From assembly GCA_963663865.1 (NCBI GenBank), contig OY760686.1:2400001-2464000 (forward strand): a DNA stretch of 64,000 nucleotides, in the 5' to 3' direction. A program made the translations under genes and the position numbers. Below are positions 48,760 through 59,729 of the stretch, piece by piece; position 1 is the stretch's first letter, and the number at the start of each line of letters is the position of its first letter. Under the pieces are notes generated by a model. That model did not search any database, had not been told where the DNA came from, and saw only the letters and a program-made list of their open reading frames with translations. The stretch is from Spirochaetota bacterium. Its GTDB lineage: Bacteria; Spirochaetota; UBA4802; UBA5550.

Positions 48760-51700
48760 CTAAAACCGATAAACTTTTATATCGTCAATAAGCACATCAT
48801 TCCCATTCTCTCCCCCTGACACGGCTCTTAAACGAAGTCTGACTTCCGTGTTCGAAGGACCGCAATATCCCGTCAGAACTGCTGCATGAGTCACTACACG
48901 AGGACTTCCCGTGATCAGCGGATTGTAGCGGAATATTTCACTGTACTGTACGGCCTCGTAGCTGCCGCCGTTGACGGACACTTCAATAATTACCCGGTCG
49001 GATGAGCTTAGAATATTTTCATGACACATTTTGAAGTACAGAACGTACTGTCCCTCGACCGAGAAATCCAGACTTTCACCTGCGACTGACTCAAGAAGAA
49101 TGTATTCATCCTGATCGAGACCTATGGTCTCGGCCCTGATCATGTAATTGCCTTCAATAGCAGAAGCAAGAGGAGGGTTATTGCTGTCAACGCATGGATA
49201 CCAGTCATAGCTGTCGCCGGAAACATTGTCAAAGGCACAGCCTGAATCAAACACGTAGTTGCTGCCCTGCCAGCTTGAGCCCTCAAAGTTTTCGGCAAGC
49301 AGCTCAACGGGACTTCCCAGCACAGTAAAAGCTAAAGAATTCCCGTCTGAAAGAGCTGAAAGGTCAAGCTCGGCTCCCGCGTGAGAGATGAATCCGTTCA
49401 GCTCCAGAGAGTACACTCCATCAGTAATCCCGCTGAGAGGCACAGTGAGCACCCTTCCCGACTCAGACCAGATAACTGTTCCAGTGCTGCCGCTGCCGGT
49501 TAATGAGACAGTACCGATTGAGGGATTCATCCTGTCGCTGAACCTGAAGACAGCCCTGTCCACAGCAGCCAAAGTGCTTCCATCCTCCGGAAAAACAGAG
49601 AGTATTTGAGGATGAGTGGAATCACCGCCAGTCGTAAACGAGTATTCATATTCAAGAAGGTTAACATTGCCATCAAGAAGATTACCCGCTTCATCAGCGA
49701 AAGTCGATCCAAACTGTTTCAATGATACTGTATAATCCGTGTTAGCTGACATTCTCTCAAGGACCGGCAGAGTCAGGGTTTTGCCGGCATTCGACCAGAT
49801 GCCCTTACCCATGACTCCCGGACCGCCGGAGAGCACAGCCGCCGACCTTCCAGTGTCCATTGCCTCGCTGAATGTTATAATAATCTCTGTGAGGTTCCTG
49901 TCTACATCCGTGTTTCCGTCAAGGGGATAAGTTCCGTCCGCGTTTACTGTTGGATTAACATCGTCACTGGTAACAGTAAAACTCCAACTGACCGGACTCA
50001 GTTCATTGGGAACTGCCGCCCTGTCAGTAATGTCGGATGTAAGGTGGACTGTATAAGTATAACCGAGCTGCAGAAGAGAGTCCGGATTAAGTGTAGCTGT
50101 TCTGGAATTCTCGTCATATTCAACTACTGAATAGACTTTATCTGAGCCGCTCATCAGGTAAAATGAATTGCTGTCAACATTGCTCACCGCTTCAGTAAAA
50201 CTTACAACTACATTCAAATCACGTTTTACATCGGTTTCACCGTCCACTGGCGTCCTTGTATTCAGTGCCGGCCTGGTCTCATCGGCCTTCGTAGTAAAGG
50301 TCCATATCGGGCTCGCTGCTGAAAGATAGTTGCCGGCATAGTCCCTGAGTCCTGCGCCCGAGGCAAGCAGCTCCACCCTGTAAACTGTATTCTCATTCAG
50401 TTCATCCACAATCGGATTAAGAGTAGCCTCAGACGTGGATTCCATGTATTCTACTGTAGCGCTGACCGTATAATTATCCGAATTTCCGATAAGCTTAATT
50501 GACTCGGTATTGACCGATGACGGATTTAGCGGTTCCGTAAACTTAATGACTATATTAGCGTCCAACTCAACTCCAGCCGCCTCAGCCCCTGGAACGGCTG
50601 AAAATATTTCTGGCGGTGTAGTATCTGGATTTGTTCCGGTAGTAAATATCCACTGCTCTCCGGCAAAGCTGTTGCCCGAGAAATCAGTCACAGATGATGC
50701 CACCGAAACACGGTATCTTGTCTCCTGAACAAGATCACTCTTTGGATTCAGATAGAACTCTCTGTCATTTTCGATCACAAAGAGGGGGACAGGAGAAACC
50801 GGGGCCCACACCCCTTCTGAGACCTCAGCTTCAAGAATGAATGTTTCCGAACTAATTCCGTTTACCGGCTCATTAAAGCCCACTGAGACATTCGTGTTAG
50901 TAGGAACTGAAACAGCACCGGACGCCGGCGAACGCTGTGAAATAACCGGAGGATTCGGATCGCCTGTTCTGAAGGTCCAGACAACAGGGCTGTAGTTGAG
51001 CTGATTACCGGTTGCGTCCGCTATCAGCGATGTCAGCCTGACCGAATAGTAGGTCATCTCTTCAAACCCGCTCGCTGGTGAAAATGTGCACTTGAAGGGC
51101 GTCTGTCCACCAGCCGCAAGCGATCCATCAAGACGTTCAGAAGACCTCACGAATGAGCTTGATCCAAGATTGACATTTTTCCCTGAACCGATTGAAAAGC
51201 CCTTGCTGCCAGCCTCGTTGCTTATCGAGCCGGTGATGACAAATTCAGTTCCGGCTGCGTCGTTATAGATATCACCTGCATCGACTTCAGAAAGATCAAC
51301 TGAATCCGCAAAGGACACCAATCCTGAAATACTGTCGTATGAAGGCGGAGTCAAAAGCGATGTCTTCATTTTATAAACTGCGAATGATGCTGTATTCAAA
51401 CCGAGAACGCTCTCACTGAATTCAGCGTATATGCTGTCGTCAACCGCAACATTCATTGTACCATCCGGAGGATATTTAGCCGTTACATAAGGCCTGACAG
51501 TATCAAGTTCGCTGGCAGTCTCGAAGCTCCAGACAGTACCAGAGCCGTCGCCTCCCTCGGGGTCAAGTTGATTGCTGTTCTCTGAAGCGTCCGTTATTCC
51601 CGATAGAATTGATACCGTATAAATGGTATCCGGATTGAGATACCTGGTTGAGTGGTTTTCATCGGGGATATCGGGTGTGATAACCGCTGAATAAGTTGCG

Positions 51701-52641
51701 CTGTCATAGACCACGGTTACCGGAACAGACTTTCCCGACTCAGCAATGAGAAGAAGTACCGTATTGCGGTTAACGTTTCTGACATCTTCGCTGAATGTAA
51801 ACAGTATTCTCGTGTTTATGCCAGCCCCGGTCATGTTGGGTTCAGGCGTTCTTGATATTATTACAGGACCGGTAACATCTTCTGTACTGAAAGTATACTC
51901 CTCACCGACAACGGGATTCCCGGCCAAATCAGCCACATCTACGGTCACAACCAGAGAGTAGTTTGTGTTTTCCTCTAAGCTGTCAGCCGGAGTCAGGCTT
52001 ACAGTGTATGTCTCTTCGTTATATTCTACTGAGGAATCGACAATCTGTGCCGAGTCGGTTTTTCTCAGAAAAACTGACCCGCTGTTAACGCCTGTTACCG
52101 GCTCACTGAAAACTATCTGAGGAACAGCATCTACAGAGACATTGACTGAATTAGGTACCGGCGTCCTTGACAGAATATATGGCGCCTCTGTGTCAGCCAG
52201 CTCTCCAGTGGTAAAGCTGTACACTGTATTCTCAATGTTCTTTCCGTAGATATTCACTATTTCTGAAGTTAGCGTCACCGCATAGAGAGAATCCGGTTCA
52301 AGGTCCGTTTCAGGTTCGTCAGGATATGGAGTAAGCACGGCGGTGTTAGTAACGCTGTCGAAGCTAACCCTGGCTGGTACGTCATTTACGGCACCGAGCT
52401 TCTTCAGTGTGAAGCTCGTCGAAGTACCTTCAATGTTTCCGACCTTTTCGCTGAAGACCACCGTAATTTCAACATTTAAAGCTACATCGGTTGAACCATC
52501 CTGCGGCGATATTGATATTATTTCAGGGTATGTAACGTCAATTTCACCCGGCTTTTTAACTGAGCAGCTAACAGCCATAATGAGTGAAAGGGAGAGATGT
52601 ACTGTCAGATATGCGAACTTTTTGTGAATTTTTGGAATCAT
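48760..52641 (-). CDS. Large surface lipoprotein with 9 Big_5-type Ig-like repeats and a C-terminal beta-sandwich domain
   Basis: Lipobox AVS-C; repeats DxxxP...P...IxxFSE...YxV...DxxGN...FTT; C-terminal ENFEG...IDDIKVYRF. Confidence 0.82.
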   Translation of the reverse strand: MIPKIHKKFAYLTVHLSLSLIMAVSCSVKKPGEIDVTYPEIISISPQDGSTDVALNVEITVVFSEKVGNIEGTSTSFTLKKLGAVNDVPARVSFDSVTNTAVLTPYPDEPETDLEPDSLYAVTLTSEIVNIYGKNIENTVYSFTTGELADTEAPYILSRTPVPNSVNVSVDAVPQIVFSEPVTGVNSGSVFLRKTDSAQIVDSSVEYNEETYTVSLTPADSLEENTNYSLVVTVDVADLAGNPVVGEEYTFSTEDVTGPVIISRTPEPNMTGAGINTRILFTFSEDVRNVNRNTVLLLIAESGKSVPVTVVYDSATYSAVITPDIPDENHSTRYLNPDTIYTVSILSGITDASENSNQLDPEGGDGSGTVWSFETASELDTVRPYVTAKYPPDGTMNVAVDDSIYAEFSESVLGLNTASFAVYKMKTSLLTPPSYDSISGLVSFADSVDLSEVDAGDIYNDAAGTEFVITGSISNEAGSKGFSIGSGKNVNLGSSSFVRSSERLDGSLAAGGQTPFKCTFSPASGFEEMTYYSVRLTSLIADATGNQLNYSPVVWTFRTGDPNPPVISQRSPASGAVSVPTNTNVSVGFNEPVNGISSETFILEAEVSEGVWAPVSPVPLFVIENDREFYLNPKSDLVQETRYRVSVASSVTDFSGNSFAGEQWIFTTGTNPDTTPPEIFSAVPGAEAAGVELDANIVIKFTEPLNPSSVNTESIKLIGNSDNYTVSATVEYMESTSEATLNPIVDELNENTVYRVELLASGAGLRDYAGNYLSAASPIWTFTTKADETRPALNTRTPVDGETDVKRDLNVVVSFTEAVSNVDSNSFYLMSGSDKVYSVVEYDENSRTATLNPDSLLQLGYTYTVHLTSDITDRAAVPNELSPVSWSFTVTSDDVNPTVNADGTYPLDGNTDVDRNLTEIIITFSEAMDTGRSAAVLSGGPGVMGKGIWSNAGKTLTLPVLERMSANTDYTVSLKQFGSTFADEAGNLLDGNVNLLEYEYSFTTGGDSTHPQILSVFPEDGSTLAAVDRAVFRFSDRMNPSIGTVSLTGSGSTGTVIWSESGRVLTVPLSGITDGVYSLELNGFISHAGAELDLSALSDGNSLAFTVLGSPVELLAENFEGSSWQGSNYVFDSGCAFDNVSGDSYDWYPCVDSNNPPLASAIEGNYMIRAETIGLDQDEYILLESVAGESLDFSVEGQYVLYFKMCHENILSSSDRVIIEVSVNGGSYEAVQYSEIFRYNPLITGSPRVVTHAAVLTGYCGPSNTEVRLRLRAVSGGENGNDVLIDDIKVYRF

Positions 52642-52964
52642 TATATCTCACACTCCGGCCGTTACATTGTTTGCAAAGCTTTTCAATATAAAAAAATTTT
52701 GTTAAACAGTCAAGATTTTTAACCCGCCCGTATGGGTTTTATTTATAATTTATATTGTCTACATATAATTATCTGTTCACTGACATCAAAACTTGAATCT
52801 TTTAGGCCCTGCGAATTATATAAATATTTATATTGTTATATTCTTATTATTATATGTTGGCCATTATTAACCAATCTCTGTGTAGATACCGTTAATTTTT
52901 AACAAAAAAATATATTTGACATATAACTGCCTGATGAGCCCCTTTTTGTATATCCGGAGGAAAC

Positions 52965-54395
52965 ATGCCACTGAAAATTCACAATTCCATGACCAAAACA
53001 AGAGATGAAATCATTCCCGGAGGAGTTAAAAAGGATGATATAAGCCAATATCCTCCCCTGACCCTTTATTCATGCGGCCCGACTGTTTACGACTACGCTC
53101 ACATTGGAAACTTCAGAACATTCGTGTTCAATGATTTGCTGAAACGCTATCTCCGCTTCAGAGGATTCAAAGTAAAACACGCAATGAATATCACTGACAT
53201 TGACGACAAGACCATTGCTGGAGCCGCGCGGGAGAATATTCCCCTTGGCGAGTACACCTCCAGATATACGGATATTTTTTTTGAAGACCTGAAAACGCTT
53301 AACATTGAACCGGCAGAGTTTACGCCGAAAGCTACTGAGTCTATAAGCGAAATGATCGACATAATTCAGAAGCTTGACAGCAAAGGGATGACTTACACCA
53401 GGGAGGGTTCGACTTATTTCAACATTTCGCTCTATGAGAACTACGGCAGACTCAGCCGCCTTGAGAAACGGGACATCATCTCCGGAGCAAGATACGACGC
53501 TGACGAGTACGACAAGGAAGACGCGCGCGATTTCGCCCTCTGGAAAGCCTCGAAGGACGACGAAGTATCATGGGAAACGCCTTACGGCCGCGGCAGGCCG
53601 GGCTGGCATATAGAGTGTTCAGCCATGATACGCAAGATATTCGGCACAACCATTGACATTCACACCGGCGGAGTCGACCTGATATTCCCGCATCATGAAA
53701 ACGAGATAGCCCAGAGCGAGGCCGCGTACGGGGAGCCCTTCGTTCGTTACTGGATTCACGCCGAGCACCTGCTGGTCAATGGAACAAAGATGTCCAAGTC
53801 AAAAGGCAATTTCTACACGCTGCGTTCACTTGTAGAAGACGGATACTCTCCCCGATCAATACGTTATCTGCTGATATCCGCGCCCTACCGCAAGCAGTTC
53901 AATTTCACCCTTGAGGGCATCAAACAGGCTGACAACGCCCTCGCGCGGATAGACAACTTCCTGCTCAGACTCTCGGACTCAAAAAAAGATGGACCGGCAT
54001 CCGAATCGACTGAAAAATCCGTCTCGGACATGCTCAAAGGCTTTACGGATAGTCTCGATGACGACCTGAACATATCAAAAGCTCTGGCAGCGCTTTTCGA
54101 CTTCATCAACCTGTTCAACACAAGGATAAGCAATGATGACGTCACGACAGGAGACAGGGACGCAGCCGAGGCAGCACTTAAAAAGATTGATTCAGTTTTA
54201 GGATTCATCTTTTTCAAAGGCAATGCGATTTCAAAAGACGAAAGCGAAAGAATAGATGCCCTCGTTCAGGAAAGAATAGCGGCAAAAAAAGAAAAGAACT
54301 TTCAGAGGGCGGATGAGATAAGAAATCAGCTCACAGCAGAGGGAATTACACTTGAAGATACCAGGGAAGGCACGCGGTGGAAAAGAACGATATGA
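52965..54395 (+). CDS. cysS: Cysteine--tRNA ligase
   Basis: CGPTVYDYAHIGN, GRPGWHIECSAM, FPHHENE, KMSKS. Confidence 0.97.
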   Translation: MPLKIHNSMTKTRDEIIPGGVKKDDISQYPPLTLYSCGPTVYDYAHIGNFRTFVFNDLLKRYLRFRGFKVKHAMNITDIDDKTIAGAARENIPLGEYTSRYTDIFFEDLKTLNIEPAEFTPKATESISEMIDIIQKLDSKGMTYTREGSTYFNISLYENYGRLSRLEKRDIISGARYDADEYDKEDARDFALWKASKDDEVSWETPYGRGRPGWHIECSAMIRKIFGTTIDIHTGGVDLIFPHHENEIAQSEAAYGEPFVRYWIHAEHLLVNGTKMSKSKGNFYTLRSLVEDGYSPRSIRYLLISAPYRKQFNFTLEGIKQADNALARIDNFLLRLSDSKKDGPASESTEKSVSDMLKGFTDSLDDDLNISKALAALFDFINLFNTRISNDDVTTGDRDAAEAALKKIDSVLGFIFFKGNAISKDESERIDALVQERIAAKKEKNFQRADEIRNQLTAEGITLEDTREGTRWKRTI

Positions 54396-55111
54396 TTCTC
54401 GGACGCAATCCAGTCCTCGAATACCTGGCAAGCGCACGCGGCAGATCAGGGCTTGTTCTGTACATATCTGAGGGCTCTCACGGCAGAATAGTTGAAAAAA
54501 TCACTACCGAGGCCAAAAGGCAGGGAGTTCCTGTAAGGTCGCAAAACAAGTCCTTTTTCGCTTCGCTGGGCCCCTCGTCTCTGCACCAGGGCGTTGCGTT
54601 GAAATGCCCGTCAGCTTCATCAAGTCAGCAATCCGGCGATCCGATTTCGGATGCGGCAGCCTCGGGCGGGACAATAGTGGTCCTTGACCACCTGACCGAC
54701 CCTCACAATGTCGGTTCGATTATCAGGACTTCTGAAGCTCTCGGCTGCTCGGCCGTTGTCATGCCAAAGACCAACCAGGCCGGAATTACCCCGGTTGTAG
54801 TAAAGACTTCTGCAGGCGCTACCGCGCATATTCCTGTAATCACAGTACCGAACATTTCGGCTTTTCTGGATTCAGCCAAAAAGAAGGGATTCTGGATAAT
54901 TGGGACTTCAGACAGAGGCACATGCTCTCTTGAAGATGTATCGAAAATCAAACCTGCCCTTATTGTAATTGGCAGCGAAGGCGACGGTATGAAGAGGCTG
55001 ACATCAGAAAAGTGCGACTACATCGTCAGCATACCCTTAAAAGGCAAGGTCTCTTCATTGAATGCCTCAGTCGCGGCCGGCATCGTTATTCATGCCCTCA
55101 CGCACGTCTGA
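54392..55111 (+). CDS. rlmB: 23S rRNA (G2251) 2'-O-methyltransferase, TrmH family
   Basis: GRNPV, HQGV, DPHNVGSIIRT, IGSEGDG, SLNASVA; ATGA overlap with cysS. Confidence 0.92.
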   Translation: MILGRNPVLEYLASARGRSGLVLYISEGSHGRIVEKITTEAKRQGVPVRSQNKSFFASLGPSSLHQGVALKCPSASSSQQSGDPISDAAASGGTIVVLDHLTDPHNVGSIIRTSEALGCSAVVMPKTNQAGITPVVVKTSAGATAHIPVITVPNISAFLDSAKKKGFWIIGTSDRGTCSLEDVSKIKPALIVIGSEGDGMKRLTSEKCDYIVSIPLKGKVSSLNASVAAGIVIHALTHV

Positions 55112-55225
55112 CTGCAAAATTATTGTTGATAAAATACGGGGCTGTTTATTGCTGTAGCAGAGAACTCTCATCGGCATGGCAGTTCATTTCGTTAAAAATT
55201 CAACAATCACCACAGGAATGAAAAT

Positions 55226-57022
55226 ATGGATCTCCGCCTCATAAGAAACTTTTCCATTATCGCGCATATAGATCACGGAAAATCCACTCTGGCAGACAGA
55301 ATTATTGAGCGGTGCCATCTGGTTGACCCCAGAAACCAAAAATCTCAGCTGCTCGACACAATGGATATTGAACGGGAACGCGGAATAACGATTAAGTCAA
55401 ACGCTATTACGCTTAATTATAATTCCAAAGACGGCAACATCTACACATTCAACCTCATTGACACACCGGGTCATGTCGACTTCACATACGAAGTAAGCCG
55501 GGCCCTCACATCCTGCGAAGGAGTACTTCTCGTAGTCGATGCTTCGCAGGGAGTTGAGGCTCAGACAATAGCGAATCTCTATCTCGCGATGGAGAACAAT
55601 CTCGAGATTCTGCCCGTAATCAATAAAATCGATATGCCCAGCGCTGATATCGAGCGCACAAAGGACAGCATTGATCGAACATTAGGGCTTGACCCTGAAA
55701 CCGCAGTTCCAGTTTCTGCAAAAGAAGGAATAGGGATTGACGACCTTCTTGAAAAGCTCATTCAGGTCATTCCTCCGCCGACAGGTACCCCGGAAGAGCC
55801 GCTGACCGCCCTGATTTTTGATTCGTTTTTCGACAAGTATCTCGGCGTAATCATGAAAGTCCGTGTTTTCAGCGGAAATGTAAGAAAAGACGACATTATA
55901 ACCATGTACGCGACCGGAAAAGAGTACCAGGTCAGCGATGTCGGTGTCTTCAGACTCAGCCTCGAAAAGAGGGAGATGCTCGGCCCCGGCGAGGTTGGTT
56001 ATATTGTTGCCGGAATAAAAAGCGTTACCGACACTAAAATTGGAGACACTGTAACCCTTTCATCAAATCCCTGCCCAAAACCGCTCAAAGGCTTCCGCGA
56101 CGTTAAGCCGATGGTATTCGCAGGATTGTACCCGATGTACAGCGATGACTACGAAAACCTCAAGGATTCGCTGCATAAGCTGAAGCTCAATGACGCTTCG
56201 TTTATCTTCGAACCCGACAACTCGTACGCCCTTGGTTTTGGATTCAGGTGCGGATATCTCGGGCTGCTGCACATGGAAATCATCCAGGAACGCCTGGAGC
56301 GTGAATTCGACCTGGCGCTGGTCACCACGGCCCCGAGCGTTGAATACCACATCAACCTGAACAACGGTGAAAAGCTTGTAATTGACAACCCTGTGAAGCT
56401 TCCGGAACCCGGAACTATTGCATCAATAGAGGAACCCTACGTGGATGCGGTCATCGTGACGCCGAAGGAGTTCGTTGGCAACATTATGGCTCTCGTGACA
56501 CAGAGCCGCGGTATTCACAAAAACATGCAGTATATTGACACTAACCGGGTTCAGTTGGCTTACGACCTTCCCCTTTCGGAGATCGTTTTCAACTTCTACG
56601 ATAAGCTGAAATCATGTTCCCGGGGATATGCCTCTTTTGACTACGAAATCCGGGATTTCCGTCCGGCAAAAATGGTGAAAGTTGACATACTCGTAAATGC
56701 CGAACCGGTTGACGCATTGTCCTTTATTGTTCATGAGGACAAAGCCCGTGACCGCGGAAAGGACATAATTGAAAAGCTGAAGGACATTATTCCCAAACAC
56801 CAGTTCAAGATTCCACTTCAGGCCGCTATCGGCGCGGCAATTATAGCCCGTGAAAACATTTCAGCGATGAGAAAGGACGTAACCGCCAAGTGCTACGGCG
56901 GTGACATCTCCCGAAAACGCAAGCTCCTTGAGAAACAGAAGGAAGGCAAGAAGCGCATGAAGCAGATAGGCTCAGTCGAGGTGCCACAGGAAGCATTCAT
57001 GTCGATTCTGAAAATAGATTGA
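55226..57022 (+). CDS. lepA: Elongation factor 4
   Basis: [56 protein letters not shown]. Confidence 0.98.
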   Translation: MDLRLIRNFSIIAHIDHGKSTLADRIIERCHLVDPRNQKSQLLDTMDIERERGITIKSNAITLNYNSKDGNIYTFNLIDTPGHVDFTYEVSRALTSCEGVLLVVDASQGVEAQTIANLYLAMENNLEILPVINKIDMPSADIERTKDSIDRTLGLDPETAVPVSAKEGIGIDDLLEKLIQVIPPPTGTPEEPLTALIFDSFFDKYLGVIMKVRVFSGNVRKDDIITMYATGKEYQVSDVGVFRLSLEKREMLGPGEVGYIVAGIKSVTDTKIGDTVTLSSNPCPKPLKGFRDVKPMVFAGLYPMYSDDYENLKDSLHKLKLNDASFIFEPDNSYALGFGFRCGYLGLLHMEIIQERLEREFDLALVTTAPSVEYHINLNNGEKLVIDNPVKLPEPGTIASIEEPYVDAVIVTPKEFVGNIMALVTQSRGIHKNMQYIDTNRVQLAYDLPLSEIVFNFYDKLKSCSRGYASFDYEIRDFRPAKMVKVDILVNAEPVDALSFIVHEDKARDRGKDIIEKLKDIIPKHQFKIPLQAAIGAAIIARENISAMRKDVTAKCYGGDISRKRKLLEKQKEGKKRMKQIGSVEVPQEAFMSILKID

Positions 57023-57735
57023 TGCTTATTGACATTGAAATGATAAATAACAGCAGCAGCGAAAAAGACCTGTCATCTTTCAGGGTTGTAGAGCCTCATA
57101 TAGTCGACAGGGCCTCAGAATTCGCACGTGAAAGGATGGGAGGCATCCAGTCGAGCCACGGCTGGGACCATGTCCAGCGTGTCGTCAACACGGCGAAGGC
57201 AATAGCCGCGACAGAGAAAAAAGCTGATCTTTTCATTGTCAGGATATCGGCTTTTCTGCACGACATCGCAAGAAGTGTTGAGATTGAATCCGAGGGAGCG
57301 GTTTGTCACGCTGAAGAAGGCTCCAAAACAGCATACGAGTTTCTTACCTCCCAGGGGCTCGACCCTCTGCGGTCGCATCATATAGCTGACTGCATTTTAA
57401 CGCACAGATACAGAAACAGACGGCCTCCAGCGTCGATTGAAGCAAAAATACTCTATGATGCCGACAAGCTCGACAGCATCGGAGCAACAGGAATAGGCAG
57501 AGCCTTCCTGTTTGCCGGCGAAGTCGGAGCAAGACTGCATAACTCCGACATAGATATTGCGAACACCTTTTCATACAGCCGGGAAGACACAGCTTACCGT
57601 GAATTCATGTTTAAACTCAGAAAGGTGAAGGACAGCATGCTGACCTCTGAAGGCGGCAGACTGGCACAGGCAAGACATGATTTCATGGAGCATTTTTTCA
57701 GACAGCTCGACACAGAAATACACGGGAACCTATAG
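57022..57735 (+). CDS. HD-domain metal-dependent phosphohydrolase
   Basis: SHGWDHVQRV, FLHDI, HAEEG, DADKLDSIGATGIGRAF; start uncertain. Confidence 0.88.
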   Translation: MLIDIEMINNSSSEKDLSSFRVVEPHIVDRASEFARERMGGIQSSHGWDHVQRVVNTAKAIAATEKKADLFIVRISAFLHDIARSVEIESEGAVCHAEEGSKTAYEFLTSQGLDPLRSHHIADCILTHRYRNRRPPASIEAKILYDADKLDSIGATGIGRAFLFAGEVGARLHNSDIDIANTFSYSREDTAYREFMFKLRKVKDSMLTSEGGRLAQARHDFMEHFFRQLDTEIHGNL

Positions 57736-58581
57736 GTGGTAACCTCCAGCTCTTAATACCATCTTAGAGGCAATACTCTCTACCGCCATAGTCAGCGAGT
57801 TTGAGAGGTCGCTCTTTGAACTGTAATCGGCTGAAACGAGATTGGAGACCCTTCCATCCTCAATAAAGCTCCAGGCCCTTCCCCACTTGTTCTTCTCGTC
57901 CCTGTCATATACCGCTATAGCAACGCCCCCGTTCTTCTTTACCAGAGAAAAACACGGAACATCAGTAAATCCATCTCCCACAAAGATAAGCTGATCCATA
58001 GGGATACGGTATTCTCCGGGATTGACCTTTTTGTTAACCTCGAAGGGCCTGCCCATATACTTCTCATCAATAAAACCCTTCGATATCTGAAAGATGTATC
58101 TCGTCTTGTCGGTAAAGCTGATGACCCGTTTGGGGAAATCTGCTGCGCCGGTTCTGGTAAAATTGAACTCAGAACACCAGATTCCGGTAAACTTCTGCGC
58201 AATCTTCGTGTTCCTGACTATATCCCCTATCCCGCTGCTGATTACATAGAATTCAAGCTTAATATCAGGTGAAATTCTCGCTGCCTGTCTTATCAGCCTT
58301 GAGAAGATTGTAGTCACACCTTTTTTCAGCGGGCATCTCTTTCCCCAATCAATCAGAGACTCACGGCTGACCTTAATTTTCATATCTTCAGTAAGCCTTA
58401 TCATTCGGTACAGATACGCGGGCACCGGGTCCCATCCGTCTTCAATATCTCCCTGAACCGTTTCCCAGAAAGATGCAACATCAACTCCCATCGCGGAGAG
58501 ATAACCTGTCGTGCTGTCCGGAGCAAGCGTATCGTCAAAATCAAAAATTACAGCTATTATATTTTTTCCTGTGTTTTTCAT
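57730..58581 (-). CDS. HAD-superfamily hydrolase
   Basis: FDFDDTL (motif I), VISSG, FVGDGFTDVPC; start placed at ATG 58581. Confidence 0.85.
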   Translation of the reverse strand: MKNTGKNIIAVIFDFDDTLAPDSTTGYLSAMGVDVASFWETVQGDIEDGWDPVPAYLYRMIRLTEDMKIKVSRESLIDWGKRCPLKKGVTTIFSRLIRQAARISPDIKLEFYVISSGIGDIVRNTKIAQKFTGIWCSEFNFTRTGAADFPKRVISFTDKTRYIFQISKGFIDEKYMGRPFEVNKKVNPGEYRIPMDQLIFVGDGFTDVPCFSLVKKNGGVAIAVYDRDEKNKWGRAWSFIEDGRVSNLVSADYSSKSDLSNSLTMAVESIASKMVLRAGGYHL

Positions 58582-58753
58582 CTGATCAAAGTGTCCCTGC
58601 ATTACGCATAATAACAAGCACTTTTCATGCCTTGAAGACATTCCCCCGTCTGAAATCACATTTTCGATTCATGATGAAAAATACATATTGACTTCAACGA
58701 TATAAGAAAAAACAATCTTGATGAAAGAGAACATCAAAAATAAGAGCTTACTT

Positions 58754-59602
58754 ATGGAACAAAAAAATAATACTCATATACTTCTCATCGACTGTCAGGA
58801 CTCTCCCGCGCTAATACACAGAATTACCGGCGTCATTTCAGATTTTAATTGTAATATTATTTCTAACGGTGAATATGTTGATCCGTCAACAGGCCATTTC
58901 TACATGCGCAGTGAGTTTACAGGCAAAATTGACTCCGGCATAGCTTTAAGGACTCTAAATACAGTTCTTCCAGAAGGCTCCAACGTAAAACTGTTAAAAA
59001 AAAGGCGAAAGCGTATAGTCGTTTTGGCTACACGTGAACATCACTGTCTCGGTGATATCCTTCTGAGAAATCACTTCGACGAATTGGACGCAGAGATACT
59101 TACAGTCATCAGCAATCATGATGTCCTGCGCCCGCTCACCAGCAAATTTGATGTACCCTACGTTTACATACCCTCAGAAAGTCTTTCAAGAGAGGAACAC
59201 GAAACCAGAGTTCTTGAAGTAATAGCCCCTTACAAGCCAGATTACATTATCCTCGCAAAGTATATGAGAATATTAACACCCCGTTTCGTATCCGCATATC
59301 CGGGTTCAATAATAAACATCCACCACTCCTTTCTTCCTGCCTTTATCGGAGCAAGCCCCTATAAGCAGGCATTCGAACGCGGCGTAAAAATTATAGGGGC
59401 AACCGGCCATTTCGTTTCAAATGATCTCGACGAGGGTCCTATTATCGCTCAAAGTGTTATTGAAATTGATCACAGCCATTCACTGAACACAATGATCCGC
59501 AAAGGGCGGGAAATTGAGAGAACAGTTTTGGCACGATCAATGAAATTAGCTTTTGAAGACAGAATTATTGTAAGGGACAACAAAACAGTCATTTTTGAAT
59601 AG
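58754..59602 (+). CDS. purU: Formyltetrahydrofolate deformylase
   Basis: N-terminal ACT domain; HCLGDIL, LAKYMRIL, INIHHSFLPAFIGA, LDEGPII; start may be 58721. Confidence 0.95.
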   Translation: MEQKNNTHILLIDCQDSPALIHRITGVISDFNCNIISNGEYVDPSTGHFYMRSEFTGKIDSGIALRTLNTVLPEGSNVKLLKKRRKRIVVLATREHHCLGDILLRNHFDELDAEILTVISNHDVLRPLTSKFDVPYVYIPSESLSREEHETRVLEVIAPYKPDYIILAKYMRILTPRFVSAYPGSIINIHHSFLPAFIGASPYKQAFERGVKIIGATGHFVSNDLDEGPIIAQSVIEIDHSHSLNTMIRKGREIERTVLARSMKLAFEDRIIVRDNKTVIFE

Positions 59603-59729
59603 CTGTTGCGCCATTTTTTTAACCGCGACTACTGTAAAAAAGTGTAGTAATAATAACACCCTTCGTCAACTGTGGTAAAAAATACCCGACTGGAATCTCC
59701 ATTCCAGAATTTAAACAGGAAACCGCTTA

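Noticed and set aside
44737-52641. Repeat arrays as CRISPR, DGR target or DNA tandem repeats
   Set aside because: The repeats are evident only at protein level; no identical DNA repeats and no reverse transcriptase or cas genes
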